A model generated the notes under the pieces. That model had not been told where the DNA came from and did no database searches. It saw only the letters and a list, made by a program, of their open reading frames with translations. Shown here piece after piece: positions 1 through 12,800 of a stretch of 64,000 nucleotides of DNA. The stretch comes from Sphyrna mokarran (taxonomy: Eukaryota): contig JAGIQG010000009.1 of NCBI GenBank assembly GCA_024679065.1, forward strand, positions 99,944,001-100,008,000. Direction: 5' to 3'. Both the position numbers and the translations under genes were made by a program. Every line of letters starts with the position of its first letter. Position 1 is the first letter of the stretch.

Positions 1-560
1 CTCCCCAATGTACCATGCTTCGGGACATCCTTTCTTGCAACGTATTCGGTAGACAACGTTGGCCGAGTTGCAAGAGTATGTACCGTGTACCTGGTGAATG
101 GTATTCTCACGTTTGATGATGTCGTCCATGTCTATGATCCGGCATGTCTTGCAGAGGTTGCTGTGACAGGGTTGTGTGGTATTGTGCTCACTGTTCTCCG
201 GAAGGTTGGGTAGTTTGCTGCGAACAATGATCTGTTTGAGGTTGTGCGGTTGTCTGAAAATAAGAAGTGGGGGGGGGTGTGGGGAAGGCTCTAGCGAGAT
301 GTCCATCATCATCCTCCTCAGAAGACGAACACGGGACACGGTGGACAGAGTACCCTTTTTTGTCCAGTACTTCCCCAGAGCGGAGAAGCTACGACATCTT
401 CTCCAGAGTCTTCAACATATCATTGATATGTTGGCTAGGTTGGCTAGGGGGTGGGGATGGCTAGGGCCATCACCCCCCCCCCCCCCCCCCCCGCACCACT
501 TCTTGCTTTCAGACAACCGCACAACCTCAAACAGATCATTGTTCGCAGATTTACTATCAA
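1..560. mobile_element. Penelope-like element fragments (GIY-YIG region) in inverted arrangement
   Basis: Minus 1-275 reads PPLLIFRQPHNLKQIIVRSKL...TQPCHSNLCKTCRII...YSCNSANVVYRIRCKKGCPEAWYIGE; plus 310-550 reads DRVPFFVQYFPRAEKLRHLL and PLLAFRQPHNLKQIIVR. Confidence 0.85.
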
Positions 561-619
561 ATAAACCTGTTGGATTTAAAATTGGTGTTGCCAGATTCTT
601 ACTGAGTTTACCCTAGTCC

Positions 620-2075
620 AACACCGGCATCTCTACGTTTGAAAGATAACACAGGAGATAGGAGAAGTGGGTTTGCTACATTTTTCATTTGGGCAAACAT
701 CTGAGCAGTACTGAGAGGGGATATATCTAAGTGTTCGCCCACTGAGTCTATATAGGGAGAACTGAGAAATAAAGAGGGAGAGGTCACGTTCATAGATTGT
801 TCTATAGGCCTGTAACTAGTGAGCAAAAAAGTTGAGGAACAGATATATATTACAGATAACGCCAAGAAAACTAGGATGGTAATCGTAGGGAATTTTAACT
901 TTCCCAGCACTGATTGGGACAGACATTGTATTGAAGGCTTGGATGGAGGAAACGAAATGTTGAATGCATTCAGGAGCAATGTTTCATTCAGTATGTGATT
1001 GGTCCGACTAGAGAAGGGGCAAAATGTGACCTCCTCTTGGGCCATAAGGAAGCTGGGTGACAGAAGCGGTATTGAGGGATAACTCTTGGAACAATGACCA
1101 TAATCCCATTAATTCTAAGAAAGTTATAGAGAACAATAAGTCTGACCCAAAAATCAAAATTCTGAACTCGGAAAAGGCCCATTTTGACGATATCAGGCAA
1201 TGACATTCAACAAGTAATTGGGGATTCCACTGGCAAGCAAAGGGACGTGTGGTGAGTGAGAGACTTTCAAACTTGTGTCAATCAGATTAAGGGTAAATGC
1301 ACTTCCCTTAGAATGAAGGGCAACATTGGTAGAAGAACGGGACCTGACTGACTCGGGTGTTGAGTCCTGGTTAAGAAGAAGAGAGAGGATCATGGTATGC
1401 AGTTGGTATCAAATAGATTCCTTAACAAGTATAGAGGGTGCAGAAGGAGAGTTAAGAGAAAAATTGGAAAGGCAAAAAGGGGACACGAGATTCCTTTAGT
1501 AGATAAGGCAAAGTAGAATCCAAAGAAATTAAACAAATACATAAATGGCAAAATAGTAACTAGAGACTGAATATGACCTTTAAAGGATTTAGTGAGATCC
1601 TAAATGAATATTTCTCATCCGTATTTACTGTTGAGAAAAGTATGGATGATAGGGAACTTGGGGAAATAAATAGTGATGTCCTGAAAAGTGTACAAATAAC
1701 AAAGAAGGAGGTGCTGAAAGTCTTAAAGCGCACCAAGATAAATAAATCACAGGGACCTGATGAAGTGGTCCGAGGACATTGTGAGAAGCTAGGGTTGAAA
1801 ATGAGAGTTCCCCTAACAGAGATATTTGGATCATCGACAGTCACAGGTGGGATGCCTGAAGAATAGAGGGTGACAAATTTTATGCCTCTGTTTAGAAAGG
1901 GCTGCAGGGAAAAGCAACAACAGGTCGGTGAGGCTCACATTTGTAGGGGGGAAATTATTTGAAGGTTTTCTGAGAGACAGGATCTACAGCATCTAGAGGG
2001 CAAGGACTGATTAGCGACAGGTAGCATGGTTATGTGAATGAAAATTCATGTCTTACAAATTTGATTGGAAAATTG
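620..2075 (+). mobile_element. Decayed CR1-type LINE ORF2 (endonuclease to start of RT)
   Basis: VIVGNFNFPSTDW, EILNEYFSSVFT, KSQGPDEV, MPEE*RV motifs, with many stops. Confidence 0.9.
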
Positions 2076-3127
2076 CAAGTCATAGAATGTCGCAGTAACA
2101 AACTTTCCTGCAAATTGAGGAAACTCTGCTTCATACAGAGCATGGTGCGACCACGGCCAAGAGCCACTGGATAGCTGAAAAAAATCAACGCTGTTAGATT
2201 CATTGTTATATAATTGTAATAAAAAGAAGACATTTGAAACATTAAAGCAGTAATAGAATTCCCACTTAACAAAGTGGCGCCTAACTATTTTATCAGATGA
2301 GCATCTACCATGACCAAGGAGAAATTATCACTGAATCCGCCTCGAGGGTATATGTGTACACGATTTTTGCAGAGTACCGAAACATCCTGAAATACTTGAT
2401 ATCAGTTAGGAGTTCTTCTTCCAAATTCTGTACAATTGAATAGCACAGGTGTGCGTTAATGTGTGCAATAGCAACTTGATTTTCCCTATTTACAATTTAG
2501 CACTGTTTTTTGTATTATCCTGTACATATAATTATGCCTGGGAAAATAATAGATCGTTTCCTAAAGGAAACAAGGGAAAATAATTAAGGAAGCCTTGGTC
2601 AAAAGTCATAGATTGACGGCAGCGATATCTCACGAAATGTTTAAGAGGAGCATCACGAAACGTTTTCGTATTTCACAAATAACATCGAGTTTGGAGGATT
2701 TAATTGTGTAAGAATATGACATTTTTTTTTGAGGTTACCTTTAGAGAACTGGGGGTTCAGATTTTAGCACTCAAGCCTCTGCAGCGTTCTGCATTTTCAC
2801 ATTCATAAAGATTCAGTTTTTCCCCATTATTTTCCGATTTCACGTTGAGAAATGTTACCCGATCTAATTCTGGAACGTCACATAGACATACAACAGTATG
2901 TTTCGCGTTGATAGCTTAACATGAATAAATCCATTATGGCACATGAATTAAATAAACGTGAAGAGGACATACTGAACAGAACATATAATGATGCGCGGTC
3001 ATGTATTTAAAGGATTACTTTTCTCCTTGTTCCTATTAAACTTAAATTCCATTCTCATCAGTTGGAGTTTGAAGTGGTTATGATTAAGAGAACGAGTGCA
3101 AGTCAAATAATAACAATCTCGCCTTAC

Positions 3128-3157
3128 CATTGCGTGTCGGAATGCTTGAACGTTGCT
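3128..3157 (-). CDS. Candidate 30-nt phase-1 microexon (EQRSSIPTRN)
   Basis: ttttttcatgactag|AGCAACGTTCAAGCATTCCGACACGCAATG|gtaagg. Confidence 0.5.
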
Positions 3158-3504
3158 CTAGTCATGAAAAAATATCGTTTTGTATCCTCATTATGAAAGA
3201 CATGCAGAACATTTCACATCAGTAGAATTCATTGAAAAAAAAACTTTTCTAAACAGTAGATGGCTTGATTACTCGCTATTGCATATCTCTCCAGATTACT
3301 TTTTTGCTGTGGCATAGGAAAATAAATAAAAGTGCATAATCACTTGGTATTTTCATATTTTGCATTACGATCAGCAGTCTATCGTACCCTAAAAGTTTAA
3401 GGAACTTCAACAACAGTTGTTTTTTTTCCCTTCTTTCTTTCCAGAACTTCTGTCAATGTGGAAGTCTATGAATTGCACTCCAGTGTTTTAAAATAGAAAT
3501 ATTA

Positions 3505-3630
3505 GAGAATAGGATTGTCAGGGTAAATCTTTAGAGTTACGGGAGTAAGACCTAGTTGAGAATGTTGTCTGAGCAGGCTTGATATGCTGAATGGCCTCTT
3601 TCTGCATTGCAGGAATTCTTTGATTCCATG
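3505..3630 (+). mobile_element. HE1-like SINE 3' part
   Basis: agggtaaat...gagttacggg...gctgaatggcctctttctgcattgcaggaattctttgattc tail. Confidence 0.55.
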
Positions 3631-5049
3631 TCCTGTACCGGGAACACGAAAGAACGATTTGTGCACCTGAAATTGCGTAAGGTACCCAACCTACCCTGAA
3701 CCGTGTTCACCCATCAGCCGATGCTGTTGCTGGCAAATTCACATAAGAACTCAATGGGCTCGTTTCCAGTCCTCGTCAAGGGAACACTTGTAATAATGCG
3801 TTCTGATGCTTTGAAATCTTCAACACAGCGCTCCGCCGCCACCAGCACCTCCCCTACGCCCCTCCCCCATGCCACCCCCGCATCTTTTCACCCTCTGCTT
3901 CAATAGTAAAATCTGTATCGAGCCAGTACGAATGACAAAGAGCTAAGCATGGGAAACAATAACCTCGCATCCAGCGGCATTAAAATCGTCTAATATCAGA
4001 CAGTATAAGCTGAATGGCATTGATTAAGAGGATGAACGTTACATTTCAAATTCAGACACTTCTGCTTACGGAAAAATGTTCAACACAAAAGCTACTTAGT
4101 AACTAGTTTAGGTGGTCTTATTTAGAGCTGAACGCTGACACATCAGAATGCTTGGCAATAAAATTATCCAAGATTATCACGGGAGCTATCATTTCTTCGT
4201 CTCAGAACGTCTTTGAATAATGTATATACAATGATACACCTTTAATTCAAAAGAGTTAAAAGTTATGTGCAATAGTCCTGTATAAAGAACATCCCAAGTG
4301 GTCAGTAGGTGAATAACTGTTGTTGAATCCTGGCCTTGTATTTTCGTGAGATCTGACAATAATAATGATGAAGTAAAAATGTTGTTAAACCAGCTGCCAC
4401 TTTTTGTTTCATGTTTCGCTTTATTTCCTTAATGCAGAAACGATAGATCTTTGAGCCATGTATTATTTTCTTCGAGTTAGCTATGAATTCTCATTGGTAA
4501 TGGACCCCTGACGTTACCAATGCACATTCATTCCAGCAGCAACACAAAATCAAAACAACCTTCAATAAAACGCCTTTCATTGTATTTCTTATTAACGTCA
4601 GTTTACACATAGGTAGGTTAATTTCGACAATCAATTAAAGGAGCAAATTCATCGATCTGCATATGATGAAAAAGGGCTGAATTAGACTGCGTTTAACCGA
4701 CTACAAAAACAGATGATAGGCTTCAAAACGTAAACGAAAAGTACTTGCACACCCCGCCCAATTAATTGTATTTGTAAGGAAAGGAAACAAGCTGCGCACT
4801 AAAACGATCAATTTTGGGTCCTTTTTTTATGGACGAAGCGGCATAAATTATGTATGGTACACTGGTTGATTTTGGAATTATAGACAGGAAGGTTGTAGAA
4901 ATACAACCTTCAAAGTCATGCAAATAGAAGAAGTAAGTTGAGAAATATGACGAAAAGTGAGCTTAATGTTGACCGTAAAACCAAAGGAAAAATGCAAGGA
5001 ATTGGCCGTTTTGCTGCTGAAACCTGGTCCAGCAGTCAATCAGAATATG

Positions 5050-5830
5050 ACTAATCCAAATTCATCACATCCACATTTGCGTCCCTTTCCTGTAACAGTT
5101 GGTTATCTTACTGATGAACAATTTATCGCCCTGAACCTTAAAACTTTGCACCCACAATTCGCTGCGGCAAGGGGTTCAAAAACTTAACTGTCTGAGAGAA
5201 GACATTCCTCATCCCAATCTTCAATTGTTGCTCATTAATTCTACAACTATGATCTCTGTCGCTAGACTCTACAATGAAGGGAAAATATCTCTTAACAATG
5301 GCGTTGTTCATCACCTTATTAATCGTATATGTATCAAATCGATTCTCTCATTGTTATAAATTGCAATGAGCCGATTCACATTCTCCTTAGGACTATCACT
5401 GCATACCTGGAAAAATGCTCATGAACTTAATCTTAACTGCCTCTAGTTAAGTAATGTCATGCCATGAACAATGAGAATAAAAATGCTCACGATACTCCAG
5501 ATCATTAGCTCCCTTCCTTCAAATCATCAATGTATCCCAAAGAGTTACAATCTCCATACTGATAGTTGTGAAAAGGGCAAGCTTAAAATAAAACAGTATA
5601 CCTATTCGCTTTTTCCGGCCATAACGAAATTCTTTCTCGGTAACACTGCTCCGAACAGCATCTTAGAATTTAACCAGTTCTGAAGCACCGTGTCGAATGT
5701 ATTATGGAAGTCAAAACAGAAAACTTGTGTCAGTTCCTTTCTATCCAATCTGATTGACGTTCCCTATATATATAAAATAAAACTCTAATATGTTAGTCAG
5801 GCAGGTCTACCCTTTCATAAAATAATGCAG
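5050..5830 (-). mobile_element. Old CR1 3' fragment
   Basis: Degenerate reverse-complement CR1 3' end and RT motifs (gtcgaatgtattatggaagtcaaaacaga). Confidence 0.55.
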
Positions 5831-5899
5831 GCACTACTGAACTCGATTGGATTGTCTGTTTCGGGGGTAGACATTAAAATCATTATTTTGGTTCGTTGA

Positions 5900-6530
5900 A
5901 GGATAAGCACCACAACGGCTAGTATGAAGTTATAACAAGAAACTGAGAAGTATAACCGCATTTTACCGTTTATTGCAGAGGAAACTGAGTACAGTTGTAG
6001 GGAGTATGTGCTTCATTTGTACAGGCGCATTGCATGCAGTGTTGTCACATTTCAATAAAGAATGTTGCAATTGCATTGGGTCACTTCAGAGACTTCTTAC
6101 TAGACTAATAGGTGCAACGTATTTTAATGTCTTAGAAGGATTCGTTGGCGCTTTCAGGCTGCTGTTGCATAATCGTGTATTGGCATGGCTAGGATTCTGT
6201 TCATCATAAGATTGGGTGCATGAGAAAAATATTTTTTTGGATAATATAGCACGAGGGCGTCACGGAATCAAATTGAGAGTTCTTTCATTTTAGGGAGCGA
6301 AGACTTATTTTATTTTCTCTTGGAATGTAATGAATCTTTACAACTCCATTCCTCTAAAACCCTATAGAAACCCGTTACATGTTTTCAGGGCAGAAGATGA
6401 TGTATTTCATTGTAATGATGGTAAAATGATGTCGGTATGCGGAAGATTGCAGCGAGATCAGACCCTACATAGTTTGGAGAGTGGAGTATAGTCGAAACAT
6501 CAAGTCTCAAAGATCTCTTCTTAGTTTGGA
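5900..6530 (+). mobile_element. Old CR1 3' fragment
   Basis: Degenerate similarity to the CR1 ORF2 C-terminus and 3' UTR. Confidence 0.5.
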
Positions 6531-6797
6531 CGTCCGTATATAAATGACACAGTGTTCACTGCCTTTGTAGGGAATGATACTGCGTTTTTTTTTTTACTAA
6601 CAGGTAATGCAGTTTCAGTGATCTGAAATCGACTGAGTGCACCCATTTTCTTTGTACATGGATTATACCAGGTGGATTGCAGCAGGTGAATTAGGCGTGA
6701 AAATCTAAAATTTTTGATTGAAGAAAATAAGGTTTGCATTCCAATAAAAAAAAACCTGAGAGTTTATAAAATTGATTCGTTGTGCAGACCTACTCAC

Positions 6798-6824
6798 CTT
6801 CTCTTTTGCTATGCTCATCATACT
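6798..6824 (-). CDS. 27-nt phase-1 microexon (EYDEHSKRE)
   Basis: cattttttag|AGTATGATGAGCATAGCAAAAGAGAAG|gtgagt; consensus donor. Confidence 0.78.
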
Positions 6825-9800
6825 CTAAAAAAATGATAACCGTTGAATAATTCAGAACATTTAATTGTTGTCATTTTCTTTTCCCAAATGCTCATCGGAA
6901 TCGCATAACTGTAACTAAAAGACGAAGTGGAATTAATTCATGCGCATTGATCTCACCTCTTTGTTTCAGCTGCAGATTCCGTTCTGTTATAATAAAACAG
7001 AATCATTGATTGTTTTCAGATTGACGATCATTCTGTAAGATCAACTATTTACATGTCATTTAGTATAGCACATGGTCTTCAACGCAAAAACAAAGTCCAT
7101 TATTTTTTTCTAATAATCTAATATTACCTAATATTTTAGGAAGGAAGCCGAGTCTTCCAGCCAATCACGAATGTTCCGCTTTGCTAAGCGTGTCAAGTAC
7201 GTATCAAAGACAAAGCCGTCATCTTGTAGTGAAAAAAATATCGCGAGTTTGTCCTGATGTACAAGAGTTGGAGGACGTAATGAAACATGGCCGTCCGCTC
7301 CCGTTCAAAAAGATTGCTGCATTCAGAGGTGAGCGTTGGAATCTCAGCCTGCTCTTCCCTTTTACTTGAATTATGTAGTTCTGCTGAGTTATTTATTTAC
7401 ATTTTAGTAGCCTGTGAACTATTGAAGGAATGCAATCCGCACGATCAGATTCTTTCATTTGAGGTACACTATTCATTGTAGATGATCAGTATGTGAACCA
7501 GCAACGCACAGTTGTTTTGGGGCGTAAATAGTACACGTTTCTTCTTGAAGCGTTCTTTTTTTCATCGGGTATTTCAGCTGCCTGATACAGTGCCACAACA
7601 TCATCTTGTGAGATTGGGCAAACTATTATCCCGCTGGCTACATCGCATTTCCTGATATTACACGCTTTTCTCTGGTGAGGTAGCAATGTTGTTATCACAG
7701 AGGAATACATGCATTCATAGTTGAACACATTTTCAAAAGCCCATACTACATGACTCCATCCTTAAAACTCGCCGAGTTTTGGTGACGGTGACGTCACTGT
7801 CAATCATGCGATGCCTAAGTGAGAGTGCGCATTTTTGCGAACCTCTGCCAATCCAATGGCCAATCCATCTCGGAGCCCAATTGATGGACGGCGATTCCAG
7901 TTATGCGTGTTCTAGGCGAAGCAGGAAGGAATCAAGGCCTTTGAACTGAGGAAATTGACAATGACAGAAACATTGTAAGTGGGCAAAATTACATTGAGGA
8001 TGGGAGCAGGAAGTGGTCTGAGAACGTGTATTGCGTTGGTGGAGTTGAGGTGGGAGTAGGGTGCGTGTCGGGTTGGGGGGTTGAGGGGGGAGGTAGAGTA
8101 GCGGTGATTGAGGGAACGGGCGATAAATATGTCGTTCCGTTCAGGGGGTTAGAAGCAAAACCATATTCCTCCTTCGTTTACATCCTTGTTGAGCCCCTGA
8201 GTGGTTGGCGGTGGGTGTAAGTGTCAGTTCTGATTAAAGCGATTGAAAGAAGCATACATTTCGTGGAGTCGGCTTGCTGAATTCATGAGACTTCATGAAG
8301 TGAAGTTTGTGGCGTAAACAGCCCGATGCCTCATGTTAAAACACAGGAGACAAACATCTCTTTTTTAATCAGAGCCGGAAGCTCACTTTATGATTTTTAA
8401 TGGCACACTTGTTAGCACTGCTGCTTTACAGTGCTTGGAGCCCGAGTTGGACTCCCTCCATGGGTCACTGTCTCTGTCGTGTCCTCCTCGTTCTCCTCGT
8501 GTCTTTGTGGCTTTCTTCCGGTTCCCCAAAGGTGAGGTGCATTAGCCATGCTAAATTATTTCTCTGTGTACTCAAACAGTCACCAGGCCGTCAACCCCGA
8601 ATCCGAGTATGCAAGGATCGACCAACGGAATTATTCATTTAGCTTGGGCGGTAATTTCCGCTGTCGCTCAAGCTGGGCCATAAAATCGCGCCACAGAAGT
8701 GGAACATGCCCACCATGAAGCATGGGCCGCAAACTCAGGATTTTCGGAGTGAATCCATTTTGTAAACGGATATGGCGAGAATTTATCAATTGAAGTTTGT
8801 TTAAAAGAGAATCGTTTTACTCAGATAGTGTACAGATGAATCAGTCAAGAATCAATTTCTGATTCCCACTCTTATCCTGGCAAATACAACTAGCCAGCAC
8901 GTGTTTCAAACTGTGGGAGTAAACCAGAGCACCCGGAGGAAACTCACGCAGACACGGGAGAACATAGAAATTTCACGCAGACAGTGGCCCAAGGCAGGAA
9001 TCGAACCCGGGTCCCTGATGCTTACCACTGGGCCACGCCTAATTAAGAACGTTGCATGATATGCAAGGAAACCAATGTAATTGCCTACTAATAATTTTTA
9101 GTACTCCAGTGACAGACTTCCAATCAAATCTTCCTCGACTTCATTTATATGTGAACACAAGTCGGAAACAAAACAGCTGTGGATAGATTAGACCAAGTTT
9201 GGACGACTGAAGTCATAGACTTTCGATTAAACCATTTACGAATCGTGTTTTTAAATTCCATCTTTTAATACCATTAACATAGAAAAGAAGTTCAAAGTAT
9301 TATCCGAACTTTGCCTAATTTCTTCATAATTGCTTTGTTTCCTATTTTCCTTCACCTTTATATGTAGCCGAGGAAGAATTGATCGGAATTCCGTCATTCA
9401 ATCATACGACAAAAACACCAGTTTGCAATTGCATTGATTTCCTCGCATAGCAATCAAAATCTCAAAGAATCGCACTGATTGATTGAAGGAACAAACCTCA
9501 CCATTCCTGGTTGAAATGCACTAAGATTGAAGATGCATAGTTTTTGACAGAATAGAACATAGAACATTACAGCGCAGAACATGCCCTTCGGCCTTCGATG
9601 TTGCGCCGACCAATTAGGAAAAAGCAATGACCCTCTAACCTAAACCATTCCCTTTTCGTCCATAAATTTATCTACTAACCTCTTAAACGCCACCAAACTT
9701 GGCGCATCTACAACTGCAGCAGGCAGGGCATTCCATACCCTTACCACCCTCTGGGTAAAGAACCTACCTCTGACATCCGTCCTATAACTACCACCCCTTA

Positions 9801-12800
9801 ATTTAAAGCTATGTCCCCTCGTGCTAGCTTTCTCCATCCTAGGAAAAAGGCTATCACTGTCCACCCTATCTAAACCTCTAATCATCTTATATGTTTCAAT
9901 AAGGTCTCCTCTTAGCCGCCTTCTTTCTAACGAAAACAACCTCAAATCCCTCAGCCTCTCTTCATAAGACCTGCCCTCCATACCAGGCAACATCTGGTAA
10001 ACCTCCTCTGTACCCTCTCCAATGCCTCCACATCTTTCTTATAATGTGGGGACCAGAACTGTACACAATACTCCAAGTGCGGCCGCACTAGAGTTTTGTA
10101 CAGTTGCAACATGACGTTGCGGCTCCGAAATTCAATCCCCCTACCAATAAAAGCTAAGTCTCCGTATGCCTTCTTAACAACCTCATCGACTTGATTACCA
10201 ACTTTCAGGGATATGCTTATCCCAGAACAATATCTTATCCCAGAATGCTTATCCCAGAATGATATGCTTATCCCAGAACAATATTCAGAACCAGAATCGG
10301 AATGCAATTAGACACGAAAATAGAAGGTGCAGCAAAAATGTCTCCATATTCTTCACGTAAATGTGCGATTGTTCTTTATTTCCGGAAGCAAACAAATTAG
10401 CTGCAAGTTACTCAATTGTTCGGGGCATTGATGTTCAATGGATATGCTCTTTCACCACATTAGGCAAGTTCAGTGGTAAACTAGAAACTCGAATGTATCA
10501 TTGTCACTTATTGGGAAGGCAAAAGCATATAAACAAAAGATGGTTGTTTTACACGTGTACAGGAAGCTAGTGTAAGCGCCAATGGGCGAGCACGACCACT
10601 ATAGACTCAGAATCAGGTTCAACAGCGGTACAGCTTTATTTAACGTCGACGAAGATGCAATCAGGATATACAAACAGCACTGCCCCGAAAGCACTCTGGA
10701 TGCCCGCCGGAATGGGCTACAGTTATATTCGAATTGTATGATTCAGATGTTCATGTTTTGTTTACAGTGTTTGACTCTGACTATTCTGTTTCGATGTTTT
10801 TAAGTACAGAATCAATGTTTTAAGTATGGTAATTGTTTCTGAATGATGCGTTTATCAATGGTCTAGAAGCTTTGAGGTTTCCTGAACAATGGGTTTTTGG
10901 CTGATCTCAGGAAGTCTTTTGAGCCCAAGAAGGCTTCCTTAATTATATTAATCCTCTCCTTAAATGTTTCTATAGAGGATCCCTGATATCACTTGATTAG
11001 GTCAGTGGTGCTGATTTGATTAGATGAGGGTGTACTTTTAATTTAGTTTCCGTTGGTGCCATTCTGAATGGTTCCCTTTGTGTAATAGACCTTGTTTGCA
11101 TTTACAAACATGCTTTTTGCCTGCTTCTCTGGATCTGTTTCCTTGTGATCTTGAATGGAGGGGTTCTGATTGCAGTTTAGTCTGTTCCATATTGTATACC
11201 TAGTTTCAGAAATTTGTTGTCAACTAACACTAGTGAGACAAAATCGGCACCAATGTTTACAGTGTTAGCCAAAATATTTGAAACAGATTGCAAATATGTG
11301 AAAATAGTTCAGAAGAAGGTATCACAGATTCATACCTGGAATGGGTGTGTTGTCTTTTTAAATGAAGTCGGGTTTAGAAGACAAGTATTTCACTCAATCG
11401 AAACGGAAGCTGTTCTCTGAGGTATTGAAAGTGCTTTTGAGGTTGTTTCAGAAACAATTACACATGATGGGCCAATGTATCAAGTTGAAGGATCGCCCCT
11501 TTCATGCAAATTGATCAGATTTAGTTTCTCACAGAGCAGTTAGGTCTTTGTAACTCACTTCCTGAAATGCAGATACAAACATCTTCATTGGACGTTTTGA
11601 AGACAATAAATAAGATATTGAAATGTCATCCCATGTAGACGGGAGTGTCTAGCGAAATCAGCCATGATCGTACAGAATGGCGCGTGATGGGACGGTCAAG
11701 TAATATTATCCTTTTAATTTGCACGTTCGTAAATAAATTAAGTGTAAATGGTTGGGGAACTATACTAAACTGTTTTAAGAATAATGCAGACTTTGTGCTT
11801 TGAAACTGAACGTCCTCTAATGAACGTCCTCCGTTGTTTCGTTTAGGCTGACGATACCATTATGAGGATCAGTAGTGAAATTGTAAAATTTCATGGTCCG
11901 AACACCATTGAAAATGTGAAATCGATTTATGGTTGTATTACAAAACAAAAAACATGCACGTTTTACTAACTGGTTTCGCCTTCAGCGTTACACACCGTCG
12001 TGTTTCTTACGTTCGTGCTTCTCTGTAAATCATAAGAATAGTTGAACATTTCAAAATGTTGCAGTCATCTATTCTTTCCGAAAACTGTTATCAGAATTTC
12101 AGAATGTTGAATGAATACAGATAATCAACTCGAATATTATCTCATTTAGGAGCTTACCATCTTCTTTGAGCTTTCGAAGATGCTCTGCTGAAAGCCGATA
12201 TTTATCGATTGAGGATTGCTCTCACATAGATGCAGATATAGCAACTATAAGAAGATCCCCTATTCACACTTAATTTATATTTTCCACAATTTCTTGTTTG
12301 AATGCAATAAGAACGTGAGCTAAAAAAAAAATCCCACACTAATATTTTAGAAATGTATCCCATTGTGGTGGTCAATATATACGTTGGTCATTTGGAAATC
12401 ACGAGTTTAAGCATGACTAAATTCACAGTTCTAATTTTGAAGGATTTTAATTTTTTTGAGTATTTGCTGCTGAATTTGATGGACTTCTTCATTACAAAAC
12501 TAAACAGATATTGGATACCAGTCAGATTTGTTCATTATAAGAGAATTTAAGAATACGCGATTTATTGAGAAAAATGCTAAGAGATTAGAAACGTAATTTG
12601 ACACTGTAATGATTATAAATTTGCAATTAAACATATTATGACAGTTGCTTATTAATACAGACTATTAAGTTACTTTGCGAAAAAGATATATTTCTCAGGC
12701 CACAGGACAACAATATGACACAAGGGTAACCCTTGACTAGGAGAAATACTCAATAGCCCTGTATTTAGACAGTGGGCTACTTCTTCCTACATCACTGAAA

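Noticed and set aside
7140-7328. Plus-strand open 189-nt phase 1-1 exon candidate (ttttag|...[15 protein letters not shown]...KKIAAFR|gtgagc)
   Set aside because: No recognisable domain and no partner exons. Its acceptor overlaps a minus-strand microexon relic (LGFLPKIL) whose paralog at 12.34 kb (MGYISKIL) conserves the minus frame. Probably chance; not fully excluded.
10570-11170. Possible solo LTR or internal retroelement remnant
   Set aside because: Starts with tgt and has a reverse polyA signal, but I could not find a second terminus, target duplication or coding motif.
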